In this document: positions 42,215-51,726 of the stretch, piece by piece
How the letters are laid out: the number at the start of each line of letters is the position of its first letter
How positions within the stretch are numbered: position 1 is the first letter of the stretch
Virus record (IMG/VR): IMGVR_UViG_3300024046_000025
Span: 13,511-77,510 of that record
Source: a virus
Lineage: Duplodnaviria > Caudoviricetes
Strand: one strand, 5' to 3'
DNA length: 64,000 nt
Notes under the pieces: generated by a model
Told to the model about the DNA's origin: nothing
Databases searched by the model: none
What the model saw: the letters and a program-made list of their open reading frames with translations, nothing else
Translations under genes and position numbers: made by a program

Positions 42215-42775
42215 ATGCAGGGCATGAGCGAGCGCCAGTACGCCGCGCATGTCGGTCTGTCGCGCGGCGCGATCCAGAAGGCGAAGACGGCCGATCGGCT
42301 GGTCCTCTACCCCGACGGCAGCATCAACGCTGCGGCGAGCGATGCACGGCGCACTGAGACAACGGACCCGTCCAAGACCCGCAAACCGCCTACGCCGAAG
42401 CTGAAGCCCGTCCCCGAGGCGGCGGTGGCCGCCGTCGGCGACACCCTGCGGGAGCAGGGTCTGGCAGTCCCCGCCGTCGGCGGGGGCACGACCTTCCTGC
42501 AGGCGAAGACCGCGAACGAGGTGCTGAAGGCGCAGGAGCGGCGCATCCGGCTCCAGAAGCTGAAGGGGGAACTGATCGACCGGGCCCGGGCGCTGGCGCT
42601 GGTGTTCCGGCTGGCGCGGGAGGCACGGGACGCATGGGTGAACTGGCCTGCGCGCGCGGCGGCGCTGATGGCGGCCGATCTCGGCGTGGAGCCTGCCGCG
42701 ATGCAGAAGGCTCTGGAGAAACATGTACGCGCCCACCTCGACGAACTCGCCGAGGCCCGGCCCGACTTCCGATGA
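42215..42775 (+). CDS. Terminase small subunit
   Basis: N-terminal HTH (SERQYAAHVGLSRGAIQKA), C-terminal KLKGELIDR; precedes GpA. Confidence 0.8.
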   Translation: MQGMSERQYAAHVGLSRGAIQKAKTADRLVLYPDGSINAAASDARRTETTDPSKTRKPPTPKLKPVPEAAVAAVGDTLREQGLAVPAVGGGTTFLQAKTANEVLKAQERRIRLQKLKGELIDRARALALVFRLAREARDAWVNWPARAAALMAADLGVEPAAMQKALEKHVRAHLDELAEARPDFR

Positions 42776-44738
42776 TGGCGAGCATGGTGACGATAGCCTG
42801 ACCGGGTTCGACGGCGCGGCGGAGATCCTGCGTGCCTGGGGCAACGGGCAGCGGCCCGACCCGGACCTGACCGTGTCGGAATGGGCGGACCGGCACCGGA
42901 TGCTCTCGGGCCGCGCCTCGGCCGAACCCGGGCGGTATCGTACGACCCGCACGCCCTACATGCGCGAGATCATGGACCGCCTGTCGCCGGGCGATCCCGC
43001 GCAGCGGATCGTGTTCATGAAGGCCGCGCAGGTCGGCGCGACCGAGGCAGGCAACAACTGGATCGGCTTCGTCATCCACCAGGCGCCGGGGCCGATGCTG
43101 GCCGTCCAGCCGACGGTGGAACTGGCCAAGCGGAATTCGCGCCAGCGGATCGACCCGCTGATCGAGGAAAGCCCCGAGCTGCGGGAGCGGGTGAAGCCCG
43201 CACGGTCGCGCGATGCGGGCAACACGATGCTGTCCAAGGAATTCGCGAGCGGCATCCTGATCATGACGGGCGCGAACTCGGCGGTCGGGCTGCGGTCCAC
43301 CCCGGCGCGTTACATCTTCCTCGACGAAGTCGATGCCTATCCGGCCTCGGCCGACGAGGAAGGCGATCCGGTCACGCTGGCCGAGGCCCGGTCGCTGACC
43401 TTCGCGCACCGGCGCAAGGTGCTGCTGGTCTCGACGCCCACGATCCGGGGGCTGTCGCGGATCGAGCGCGAGTTCGAGGCGTCGGATCAGCGACGTTATT
43501 TCGTGCCGTGCCCGCATTGCGGCGTGATGCAATGGCTGAAGTTCGAGCGGCTGCGCTGGCAGAAGGGGCGGCCAGAGACGGCAGAATACCTCTGCGAGGG
43601 CTGCGAGAGGCCCGTCGCCGAACATCACAAGACCGCGATGCTGGAGGGTGGCGAATGGCGGGCGACCGCCGTGGCCGCCGATCCGACCACGGTCGGCTAC
43701 CACCTCTCGGCCCTCTATTCGCCGGTGGGGTGGCTCAGCTGGCCGCGGATCGCACGCGGCTGGGAGGCGGCCCAAGGGTCGGACGAGGCGATCAAGGCCT
43801 TCCGCAACACCATCCTCGGCGAGACATGGGTCGAGACCGGCGAAGCGCCCGACTGGCAGCGGCTCTATGACCGCCGCGAGGCATGGCGGCCCGGAACGGT
43901 GCCTGCGGGCGGGTTGTTCCTGACCGCCGGGGCCGATGTCCAGAAGGACCGGATCGAGATCGATATCTGGGCCTGGGGTCGCGGGCTCGAAAGCTGGCTC
44001 GTCGATCATGTTGTCATCGAGGGCGGTCCGGATCGGCATGACGCATGGTCGGAGCTGACCGCGCTGCTGGACAGGTCCTGGCCGCATGAGCGCGGCGCGC
44101 ATCTCAGGATCGCGCGGCTCGCCATCGACACCGGGTACGAGGCCCCGGCGGTCTATGCCTGGTCGCGGGCGCAGGGCTTCGCGCAGGTCGCGCCGGTGAA
44201 GGGCGTCGAGGGCTTCAATCGCTCCAGCCCGGTCTCGGGCCCAACCTTCGTCGACGCGACCGAGGGCGGGAAACGCCTGCGCCGCGGCGCCCGGCTCTGG
44301 ACCGTGGCGGTGTCGACCTTCAAGGCCGAGACCTATCGTTTCCTGCGGCTTGACCGACCGACGGCAGAGGAACGCGCTGAGGGCGCGGCCTTTCCGCCCG
44401 GCACGATCCACCTGCCGACATGGGTGGAAAGCGAATGGCTAAAGCAAGTCGTAGCCGAGCAACTGGTGACGGTTCGCACGAAGCGCGGCTTTGCCCGGCT
44501 CGAATGGCAGAAACTGCGCGAGCGCAACGAGGCGCTGGATTGCCGGGTCTATGCCCGCGCCGCCGCCTGGATCGCGGGAGCGGATCGCTGGTCGGACGAG
44601 AAATGGCGCGACCTCGAGGATCAGCTCGGGGCTACCCCCACTGACAACGATCCCGCCGGGCAGATCAACCGGTTTGGACAGACCCCGCAGGGCAAGCGCC
44701 GCTCCGATTGGCTCGGGCGGCGCGAAGGATGGTTTTGA
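42723..44738 (+). CDS. Terminase large subunit, lambda GpA family
   Basis: MKAAQVGAT, FLDEVDAY, STPTI, CPHC...CEGC, TAGADVQKDRIE, RNEALDC. Start uncertain. Confidence 0.93.
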   Translation: MYAPTSTNSPRPGPTSDDGEHGDDSLTGFDGAAEILRAWGNGQRPDPDLTVSEWADRHRMLSGRASAEPGRYRTTRTPYMREIMDRLSPGDPAQRIVFMKAAQVGATEAGNNWIGFVIHQAPGPMLAVQPTVELAKRNSRQRIDPLIEESPELRERVKPARSRDAGNTMLSKEFASGILIMTGANSAVGLRSTPARYIFLDEVDAYPASADEEGDPVTLAEARSLTFAHRRKVLLVSTPTIRGLSRIEREFEASDQRRYFVPCPHCGVMQWLKFERLRWQKGRPETAEYLCEGCERPVAEHHKTAMLEGGEWRATAVAADPTTVGYHLSALYSPVGWLSWPRIARGWEAAQGSDEAIKAFRNTILGETWVETGEAPDWQRLYDRREAWRPGTVPAGGLFLTAGADVQKDRIEIDIWAWGRGLESWLVDHVVIEGGPDRHDAWSELTALLDRSWPHERGAHLRIARLAIDTGYEAPAVYAWSRAQGFAQVAPVKGVEGFNRSSPVSGPTFVDATEGGKRLRRGARLWTVAVSTFKAETYRFLRLDRPTAEERAEGAAFPPGTIHLPTWVESEWLKQVVAEQLVTVRTKRGFARLEWQKLRERNEALDCRVYARAAAWIAGADRWSDEKWRDLEDQLGATPTDNDPAGQINRFGQTPQGKRRSDWLGRREGWF

Positions 44739-44740
44739 AC

Positions 44741-44950
44741 ATGACCGACTGGACGGAAACCGAGCTTTCGGCGCTGCGCCGGGCCTATGCCAGCGGCACG
44801 ACTCGCGTCAGCTACGACGGCAAGTCGGTGGACTATGGTTCGGCCGAGGATCTGCTCGCCCGCATCCGAACCATCGAACGCGCCCTTGCGGGTATCGGCC
44901 GGCCGCTGCCGGTGGCCGGTCTCGCGGGCTTCTCGCGCGGGGATCGCTGA
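44741..44950 (+). CDS. gpW-like head completion protein
   Basis: 69 aa, RVSYDGKSVDY, between terminase and portal. Confidence 0.75.
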   Translation: MTDWTETELSALRRAYASGTTRVSYDGKSVDYGSAEDLLARIRTIERALAGIGRPLPVAGLAGFSRGDR

Positions 44951-46446
44951 TGGCCGTGAACTGGTTCGACCGCGCCATTGCGTCGGTCGCCCCGCGGACC
45001 GCTGCTCGTCGGGTGCTGGCGCGGCAAGCCTTCGAGACGCTCGCGCGGGGCTATGACGGCGCCGCGCGAGGGCGTCGCACCGATGGCTGGCGCGCGCCCG
45101 GATCCTCGGCCGATACCGAGATCGGCATGGCCGGGGCGCTGCTGCGCGACCGGATGCGCGATCTCGTGCGCAACAACCCGCATGCGGCCAAGGCCGTGGC
45201 GGTGCTGGTGAACAATATCGTCGGCGCGGGGATCATGCCGCGCGCCGCCAGTGGCGACGAAGCGCTGGACCGGCGCGTCGACGATCTCTTCGAACGCTGG
45301 GCCGAGGCCTGCGATGCCGACGGCCAGCTCGATTTCTACGGGCTGCAGACGCTGATCTGCCGCGAGATGGTCGAGGCGGGCGAAGTGCTGGTGCGCCGCA
45401 GGTTGCGGCGATCCTCGGACGGTCTGCCGGTGCCGTTGCAGCTTCAGGTGCTGGAGGCTGATTTCCTCGATGCCACGAAATCCGGCACCATCGGCGCTGG
45501 CCGTCTCGTGCAGGGGATCGAGTTCGACCCGGTCGGCAAGCGCCGGGCGTATTGGCTGCATGCCGAGCATCCGGGCGACGCCTACGGTGCCTTGCAGAAC
45601 GGTCTGCAGAGCCGCCCGGTCCCCGCGACCGAGATCGCCCATGTCTACGAGAAGCAGCGCACGCAGGCGCGCGGCGTTCCATGGGGCGCCCCGGTGATCC
45701 GGGCACTGCGTGATCTCGACGATTACGAGGTCGCCGAAATCGTCCGCAAGAAGACGGAGGCCTGCGTCACCGCCATCGTCTTCGGCGATGACGAGGCGCA
45801 GCAAGGCATTGCGCCCGCCGTGGTCGATGCCGATGGCAACCGGGTGGAGCAGTTCGAGCCGGGGCTGATCGCCTATGCCCGCGGCGGCAAGGACATCCGC
45901 TTCAACCAACCTGCGGCGACCGGCGGCTACGGCGAATACAAGCGGGTGAGCCTGCACACGATCTCGGCCGGGTTCCGGGTGCCCTACGAGTTGCTGACCG
46001 GGGATCTGAGCCAGGTGAACTATTCCTCGATCCGGGCGGGGCTCGTGGAGTTCCGCCGCCAGATCGACGCCGTGCAGTGGCAGCTGTTCATCCCGATGTT
46101 CTGCGCCCCGGTCTGGCGCTGGTTCACCGAGGCCGCATGGGCGGCGGGGCTGATCCCGACACCAGATGTGCCGGTCGAATGGTCGCCGCCGAAATTCGAG
46201 GCGGTCGATCCGCAGAAGGATGCGATGGCGAACCTGCTGGCGATCCGCTCGGGCACCATGACTCTGGCCGAGGTGATCGCGCAGCAGGGCCGCAATCCCG
46301 ACGCGGTGCTGGCCGAGATCGCCGCGACCAACGCCAAGCTCGACGCGCTCGGGCTGGTGCTCGACAGCGATCCGCGTCGGGTGACCAAGACCGGCAGCGC
46401 ACAGACAAATGATCTGGCGAGCGCCGCCGATACCGACACGGCATAG
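44950..46446 (+). CDS. Portal protein, lambda family
   Basis: RMRDLVRNNPHA, QLQVLEAD, RGVPW, DLSQVNYSSIRAG, VDPQKD. Confidence 0.93.
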   Translation: MAVNWFDRAIASVAPRTAARRVLARQAFETLARGYDGAARGRRTDGWRAPGSSADTEIGMAGALLRDRMRDLVRNNPHAAKAVAVLVNNIVGAGIMPRAASGDEALDRRVDDLFERWAEACDADGQLDFYGLQTLICREMVEAGEVLVRRRLRRSSDGLPVPLQLQVLEADFLDATKSGTIGAGRLVQGIEFDPVGKRRAYWLHAEHPGDAYGALQNGLQSRPVPATEIAHVYEKQRTQARGVPWGAPVIRALRDLDDYEVAEIVRKKTEACVTAIVFGDDEAQQGIAPAVVDADGNRVEQFEPGLIAYARGGKDIRFNQPAATGGYGEYKRVSLHTISAGFRVPYELLTGDLSQVNYSSIRAGLVEFRRQIDAVQWQLFIPMFCAPVWRWFTEAAWAAGLIPTPDVPVEWSPPKFEAVDPQKDAMANLLAIRSGTMTLAEVIAQQGRNPDAVLAEIAATNAKLDALGLVLDSDPRRVTKTGSAQTNDLASAADTDTA

Positions 46447-46468
46447 GCCGACCAACAGGACTGACCTC

Positions 46469-48523
46469 ATGGACACGATGATCGAACTGCCGGCCATGCG
46501 CCGGATGGCCGAGCTTGCGCCGAACAGCGTCGATACCGACGCCCGCACCGTCGAGGTGATCTGGTCGGCGGGCGCCCGCGTCCGCCGCGCCAGCTTCTTC
46601 GGCGAGCCCTATGACGAAGAACTGAGCCTCGACCCCGCCCATGTGCGGCTCGAACGCCTGAACGCGGGCGCACCGTTCCTGAAGGTGCATGAGATCGACA
46701 CGCTCGACGCCGTCATCGGTTCGGTGGTGCCGGGATCGGCGCGCATCGAGAACGGCCGCGGCATCGCGCGGGTGCAGATCAGTGAGCGGGCCGATGTCGA
46801 GGCGATCTGGCGCGACATCCAGGCCGGGCACATCCGCGCGGTGTCGATCGGCTATCAGGTCCATCGCTTCGACATCTCGAAACCAGATGGCGGGCGCGAG
46901 CTCTGGCGGGCGGTCGACTGGACGCCCTTCGAGATCTCGGCCGTGCCGGTCGGCGCCGATCCCGCCGCTGGCTTCCGCGCCAAGGGCGAACATCACGATT
47001 GCGTCCTCCACCGCCGGGACGTCCCCACGAATGAAGGAGCATCCCCGATGACCGACAAGACCCCGGCCGCTCCGGCCGACCAGACCAACGAGACGGCAGT
47101 GACCGAGGAGACCACCATGACCGACGACAAGACCGGCGCGGCCGAGGCGCAGGCACATGCCACCGACATGCGCAGCCTGCCCGGGCCCTCGAACCAAAGG
47201 ACCGCATCAGCGAAACCGGAAGCGCCCGACGCCGAGGCCATCGCGACCCGCGCCCGCGAGGCCGAGCGTGACCGAGTCTCGACCATCTACGATCTGGCGG
47301 GCCGCCTCGACCTCGAGCGCAGCTTCGCCGAGGATCTGGTCAAGCGCGGTGTCAGTATCGACGAGGCCCGCCGTCTGATCCTCGATCAGGTCGCCGCGAA
47401 GTCGGACGAAACCCGGACCTTCGGCCAGGTGTCGGTCCCGCTCGGCGGCCGCGACGAGCGTATCACCCGCCGCGACGCGGTGGCGAACGCGCTGTTGCAC
47501 CGCTACAGCCCTACGCTGTTCCCGCTCGAGGATGCCGCGCGCCAGTATCGCGGCATGACGCTCCTGGAACTCGCCCGCGAAAGCCTCGGCAATGCCGGGG
47601 TGAACACGCGGGGCCTGTCGCGCGACGAGGTGGCGACGCGGGCGCTGCATTCGACGTCCGACTTCCCCGAGATCCTCGCCGCCGTCACCAACAAGACGCT
47701 GCGCCAGGCCTACGAGGCCTATCCCCGCACCTTCATGCTGTTCTGCCGCCAAGTGCTCGCAACCGACTTCAAGGCGATGCACCGGGTTCAGCTCGGCGAA
47801 GCGCCGCAGCTGCTCGAGGTCGGCGAGAGCGGCGAGTTCAAGCGCGGCACGCTCGGCGAGTCGAAAGAGAGCTACAAGGTCAAGACCTATGGCCGGGTGG
47901 TTGCGATCACCCGGCAGGTGCTGATCAACGACGACCTCGACGCCTTCACCCGTATCCCTGCGATGTACGGCAACTCCATCGCGCAACTGGAATCCGACGT
48001 GGTCTGGGGGATCGTCACCTCCAACCCGGCGATGGCCGACGGCACGGCGCTGTTCCATGCCAACCACAGGAACCTCGCGGCCACCGGCGCGGCGCTCGAC
48101 GTCACCGGCGTCGGTGCGGCCCGGGCGGCGATGGCGAAACAGACCGGTCTCGACAAGAAGACGGTGCTGAACATCCGCCCCGCCTTCCTGATCGTACCTG
48201 CCGCATTGGAACTGAAGGCCGAGCAGCTGGTCGCCCAGAACCTCGTGCCCGCCCAGAGCGGGAATGTCGTGCCCCAGTCGATCCGCACGCTGGCGCCGAT
48301 CAGCGAGCCCCGGCTCGACGCCGCCAGCGAAACCGCCTGGTATCTGGCGGCGAGCCCGAACCAGATCGACACCATCGAATACGCCTATCTCGAGGGCCAA
48401 CAGGGCGCCTACATCGAGACCCGCAACGGCTTCGATGTCGACGGCGTCGAGATCAAGTGCCGCCTCGACTTCGGCGCCAAGGCTATCGACTGGCGCGGCC
48501 TCTACAAGAACCCGGGTGCGTGA
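46469..48523 (+). CDS. Prohead protease - major capsid protein fusion
   Basis: Protease H (FLKVH), S (VSIGY), EISAVPVGAD; disordered linker; capsid domain STSDFP...GEFK.GT...TYGR...DWRGL. Confidence 0.9.
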   Translation: MDTMIELPAMRRMAELAPNSVDTDARTVEVIWSAGARVRRASFFGEPYDEELSLDPAHVRLERLNAGAPFLKVHEIDTLDAVIGSVVPGSARIENGRGIARVQISERADVEAIWRDIQAGHIRAVSIGYQVHRFDISKPDGGRELWRAVDWTPFEISAVPVGADPAAGFRAKGEHHDCVLHRRDVPTNEGASPMTDKTPAAPADQTNETAVTEETTMTDDKTGAAEAQAHATDMRSLPGPSNQRTASAKPEAPDAEAIATRAREAERDRVSTIYDLAGRLDLERSFAEDLVKRGVSIDEARRLILDQVAAKSDETRTFGQVSVPLGGRDERITRRDAVANALLHRYSPTLFPLEDAARQYRGMTLLELARESLGNAGVNTRGLSRDEVATRALHSTSDFPEILAAVTNKTLRQAYEAYPRTFMLFCRQVLATDFKAMHRVQLGEAPQLLEVGESGEFKRGTLGESKESYKVKTYGRVVAITRQVLINDDLDAFTRIPAMYGNSIAQLESDVVWGIVTSNPAMADGTALFHANHRNLAATGAALDVTGVGAARAAMAKQTGLDKKTVLNIRPAFLIVPAALELKAEQLVAQNLVPAQSGNVVPQSIRTLAPISEPRLDAASETAWYLAASPNQIDTIEYAYLEGQQGAYIETRNGFDVDGVEIKCRLDFGAKAIDWRGLYKNPGA

Positions 48524-48600
48524 CACGCGCCTCATCCCGAACCCTGACATCCGGGCGGTCCTGACGGGCCGCCCTTCGCTTTTCCGAAAGGACTCTCGCG

Positions 48601-48936
48601 ATGAAAAACTACGTCCAGCCCGGCAATACCATCACCCTGACCGCGCCCTATGCCGTCGTATCTGGCGACGGCCTGCTCGTCGGCTCCATCTTCGGCGTGG
48701 CCGCAGGTACCGCCGCCAGTGGCGAACCCGTCGAGACCGCGCTCGTCGGCGTCTTCGACCTAGCCAAGATCGGCAGCCAGGCCTGGACCGTCGGTGCGAA
48801 GGTCTATTGGGACGATACGAACAAGCGCACCACGACCGTCTCGACCGACAACACGCTCATCGGTGTGGCCGTCGAGGCCGTGGCGAGCGGCGCGGGCGAC
48901 ATCATCGGTCGAGTGCGCCTGAACGCGAGCTTCTGA
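48601..48936 (+). CDS. DUF2190-family capsid cement-like protein
   Basis: MKNYVQPGNTIT...GVFDLAK...VYWD. Confidence 0.8.
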   Translation: MKNYVQPGNTITLTAPYAVVSGDGLLVGSIFGVAAGTAASGEPVETALVGVFDLAKIGSQAWTVGAKVYWDDTNKRTTTVSTDNTLIGVAVEAVASGAGDIIGRVRLNASF

Positions 48937-49247
48937 TGAGTGCTTTCGCCGCCGCCGTCGACGCGCTCTTCGCCGATCCGAACATCGGGCGGGACGCAGT
49001 CTACATCGCCGATGGCGGTGCGCCCGTTCCGATGCTCGTCGTCGCTCGACGGGCCGATGCGATCACCGACTTCGGCGATGCGCGGCTCTGGTCGGAAACG
49101 ACGCGGATCGACCTGCGCGTGACCGAGGTTCCGAGCCCGCGCCCCGGCGATCGCATCGAGATCGGCGGCGACGCCTTCCTCATTCAGGGTGAGCCCGTCC
49201 GCGACCGCGAACGGCTGGTCTGGACCGTGGACCTGAGGCCCGCATGA
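48936..49247 (+). CDS. Head-tail joining protein
   Basis: MSAFAAAVDALFADPN...PRPGDRIEI; TGATG-coupled. Confidence 0.7.
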   Translation: MSAFAAAVDALFADPNIGRDAVYIADGGAPVPMLVVARRADAITDFGDARLWSETTRIDLRVTEVPSPRPGDRIEIGGDAFLIQGEPVRDRERLVWTVDLRPA

Positions 49248-49253
49248 ACCACG

Positions 49254-49880
49254 ATGAAACTGAAGCTCGACATTGTCGGCGATATCGCCCGGATCATGGA
49301 AGCAGAGACTCGGGCGGGCGAGCAGGCCGTGACCACGGCCATGCGCGAGGCCGGAACCGGGCTCAAGGGCTCGTGGCGCGCACAGATCACCGGCGCCGGA
49401 CTGGGTGCGCGGCTCGCCCGCACCATTCGCTCCGAGCAATTCCCCAAGGGCAGGCCAAGCCTGAATGCGGCGGCACTGGTCTGGTCGAAGGCGCCGGTGA
49501 TCGTCGGCGCGCACGATACCGGCCCGCTGATCCGCTCGAAGAACGGATTCTGGCTGGCGATCCCGACGCCTGCGGCGGGCAAGTCCCTGCGCGGCGGGCG
49601 GATCACACCCGGCGAATGGGAACGCCGCACCGGCCTGCGCCTGCGCTTCGTCTATCGCCGCACGGGTCCGAGCTTGCTGGTTGCCGAGGGGCGACTGAAC
49701 AAGAAGGGCCGAGCCGTGGCATCGCGGTCGAAGACTGGCCGGGGGCTGACCACCGTGCCGATCTTCCTCCTTGTTCCGCAGGTCAGGTTGCCGAAAAGGC
49801 TGGACCTCGCGCGGGATGCTGAGCGGGTGCGCGATGCGGTGCCGGGTCTGATCGTGGCGAACTGGGTGGAGAAGGAATGA
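49254..49880 (+). CDS. DUF6441-like neck/tail completion protein
   Basis: Basic 208-aa protein in the tail-completion position. Confidence 0.6.
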   Translation: MKLKLDIVGDIARIMEAETRAGEQAVTTAMREAGTGLKGSWRAQITGAGLGARLARTIRSEQFPKGRPSLNAAALVWSKAPVIVGAHDTGPLIRSKNGFWLAIPTPAAGKSLRGGRITPGEWERRTGLRLRFVYRRTGPSLLVAEGRLNKKGRAVASRSKTGRGLTTVPIFLLVPQVRLPKRLDLARDAERVRDAVPGLIVANWVEKE

Positions 49881-49886
49881 GAGTAG

Positions 49887-51233
49887 CTATCCGACGTGAA
49901 CCGTGACGTCAAAGCCCAGCGACTTCAGGGATTTTGACGTTCGTCCATTCCGAGGTGGAAAGCGATCTGGCAACGCCCAGCCCACGAGTTCCCCCAAGGC
50001 GCTGACGCCCAAGCCGTCGATCTTCCACTTGGGATCGTGAACGGCCAGCCACAGCCGTTCTGGCAGCTCGGATTCTGGTCCGCCATAGAGGATGTATTTC
50101 AAGAGTTGCACCACGCTGTGTCCACCGGCGGACTTGCCGTCCCATATTCGCGTCGAGAGTGCATCTACTTTTTCGGGGATGGTGTATTTCGTCCCATCCT
50201 CTCGCAGCGCCACCGCCTTATTAGCCACACGCCGCGCATAGTCCTTGATGGCATGAACACCCATGCAAATCTCGCGGAAGCCCTCATAATCCATCTCGTC
50301 GATGGTGTCCTCGGCAAGCGCCGCACGTAGCATCGGTGCTGTGTTGTTCAGCATCGTGTCTTCCTCTGACGGCGCCTTGGATAGGCTGCGCCACCAGTTG
50401 ATCGCTTCGCGGAGGGCGGTGTCGGGGTCATGCTTGTTGCGCTCAAAGAAATCTGCGTAAAGCGCTCTGCGCCCGTCGAAGGTGCGTTGGTAATAGTGCG
50501 CGTGCAGGAACTGATCCGCTTGTGCGCCGACTGGGGCATCGGTGTCGATCCAGGAAGGCCGGTTCTCGGGCTGACTGACCATGTGTCCGATGTCGCGCAG
50601 CTGTTGCAGCGTCGCATGCCACTCTTCGAGGAACGTTTGTCGCTGGCGGTCGACCGCTTTTTTCTTCGCGGTTTGAACAAGGCCTGACCACTTGGTGAAG
50701 CTCGGGCTGTCCCAGAACTCGTCCGACGGCGGTTCCGACGCTGATAGCTGTTTGGCGCGCTTCTGCATTACAGCTAGTAGCTCGTCTGTCAGGGGGGTGG
50801 AGTTCCGATCCAACACGGCAAAGAGGTCGAGGATATCTGCTGCCATGTCATCGGAAATCTCGGCTTCCGGAAAGAAGCAGCCAGCCTCCACATTTTTGTA
50901 CCAGGCGCTTTGCGTTAAGTTTGCGGATCCGATGTACAGCCCGTACTCCCGCCACCAGATGACCTTTGCATGGTGATGCTGAACCAGTCGGCATTGAAAA
51001 CGAGCTGATTTACGATTGAGGAACGTCGAGAGAATTGAGGTGCTGACTGCAACGCCGTCATCAAGGCGTCCGTAGAATCTGAGCGGAATAGAGTTGCCCC
51101 AGCACCAATCGAACAGCAAGGATATATCTGTCGCATAGGCTACCGCCGCCAGGACTTCCTGAGTGTCACTAGCCGCATTCTCGGTGATGTTCCGCAGGTA
51201 GTTCCCGTTGATGCCGCCCATCATCAATTGCAT
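49887..51233 (-). CDS. Phospholipase D-superfamily (single HKD-like) putative nuclease, 448 aa
   Basis: HAKVIWWREYGLYIGSANLT...NVEAG; antisense and AT-richer than flanking genes. Confidence 0.8.
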   Translation of the reverse strand: MQLMMGGINGNYLRNITENAASDTQEVLAAVAYATDISLLFDWCWGNSIPLRFYGRLDDGVAVSTSILSTFLNRKSARFQCRLVQHHHAKVIWWREYGLYIGSANLTQSAWYKNVEAGCFFPEAEISDDMAADILDLFAVLDRNSTPLTDELLAVMQKRAKQLSASEPPSDEFWDSPSFTKWSGLVQTAKKKAVDRQRQTFLEEWHATLQQLRDIGHMVSQPENRPSWIDTDAPVGAQADQFLHAHYYQRTFDGRRALYADFFERNKHDPDTALREAINWWRSLSKAPSEEDTMLNNTAPMLRAALAEDTIDEMDYEGFREICMGVHAIKDYARRVANKAVALREDGTKYTIPEKVDALSTRIWDGKSAGGHSVVQLLKYILYGGPESELPERLWLAVHDPKWKIDGLGVSALGELVGWALPDRFPPRNGRTSKSLKSLGFDVTVHVG

Positions 51234-51286
51234 CGTGATCTCATGAACGTCGGAAGGTTTTTCTTACCTTAGCTGAAACAGAGACT

Positions 51287-51706
51287 ATGCCCACCCCCCG
51301 AGAAACAATCCTCACCGCGCTGCACACGCGGCTTTCGGCGCTGCCCGCCACCGCGCTGCGCGGTGAGGTCCTGCCCGAGCGTGTGCCAGCAGACGGGCTG
51401 CTGATCCTGCGCGACGGCGAGCCGGGCGAGCCCGAGGTGACGCTGTCGCCTTTGCGATACCACTACCAGCACCGCGCCGAGATCGAAGCCGTGGTGCAGG
51501 GCGCGAGCCGGGACACGGGTTTCGACACGCTCTGCGCCAGCATCGGCGCGGCGCTCGCCGCCGACCGCACGCTCGGCGGTCTCTGCGACTGGGTCGAGGC
51601 AGAAGCCCCGCAGCCCGTCGATCTGCCGGTGGACGGCGCGGCCAGCCTGAAGGCGGCTGTCATTCCGGTGCTGCTGCATTACTCCACGGCCGACCCGCTC
51701 GGCTGA
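51287..51706 (+). CDS. Tail terminator-like protein
   Basis: 139 aa immediately before the tail tube; position-based call. Confidence 0.6.
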   Translation: MPTPRETILTALHTRLSALPATALRGEVLPERVPADGLLILRDGEPGEPEVTLSPLRYHYQHRAEIEAVVQGASRDTGFDTLCASIGAALAADRTLGGLCDWVEAEAPQPVDLPVDGAASLKAAVIPVLLHYSTADPLG

Positions 51707-51726
51707 ACCCCTATAAGGAGACCGAC

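Noticed and set aside
51287-51706. Metabolic (acyl-CoA transferase-like) label that I recall being attached to this family
   Set aside because: Size, lack of enzyme motifs and position directly before the tail tube indicate a tail terminator-type structural protein.
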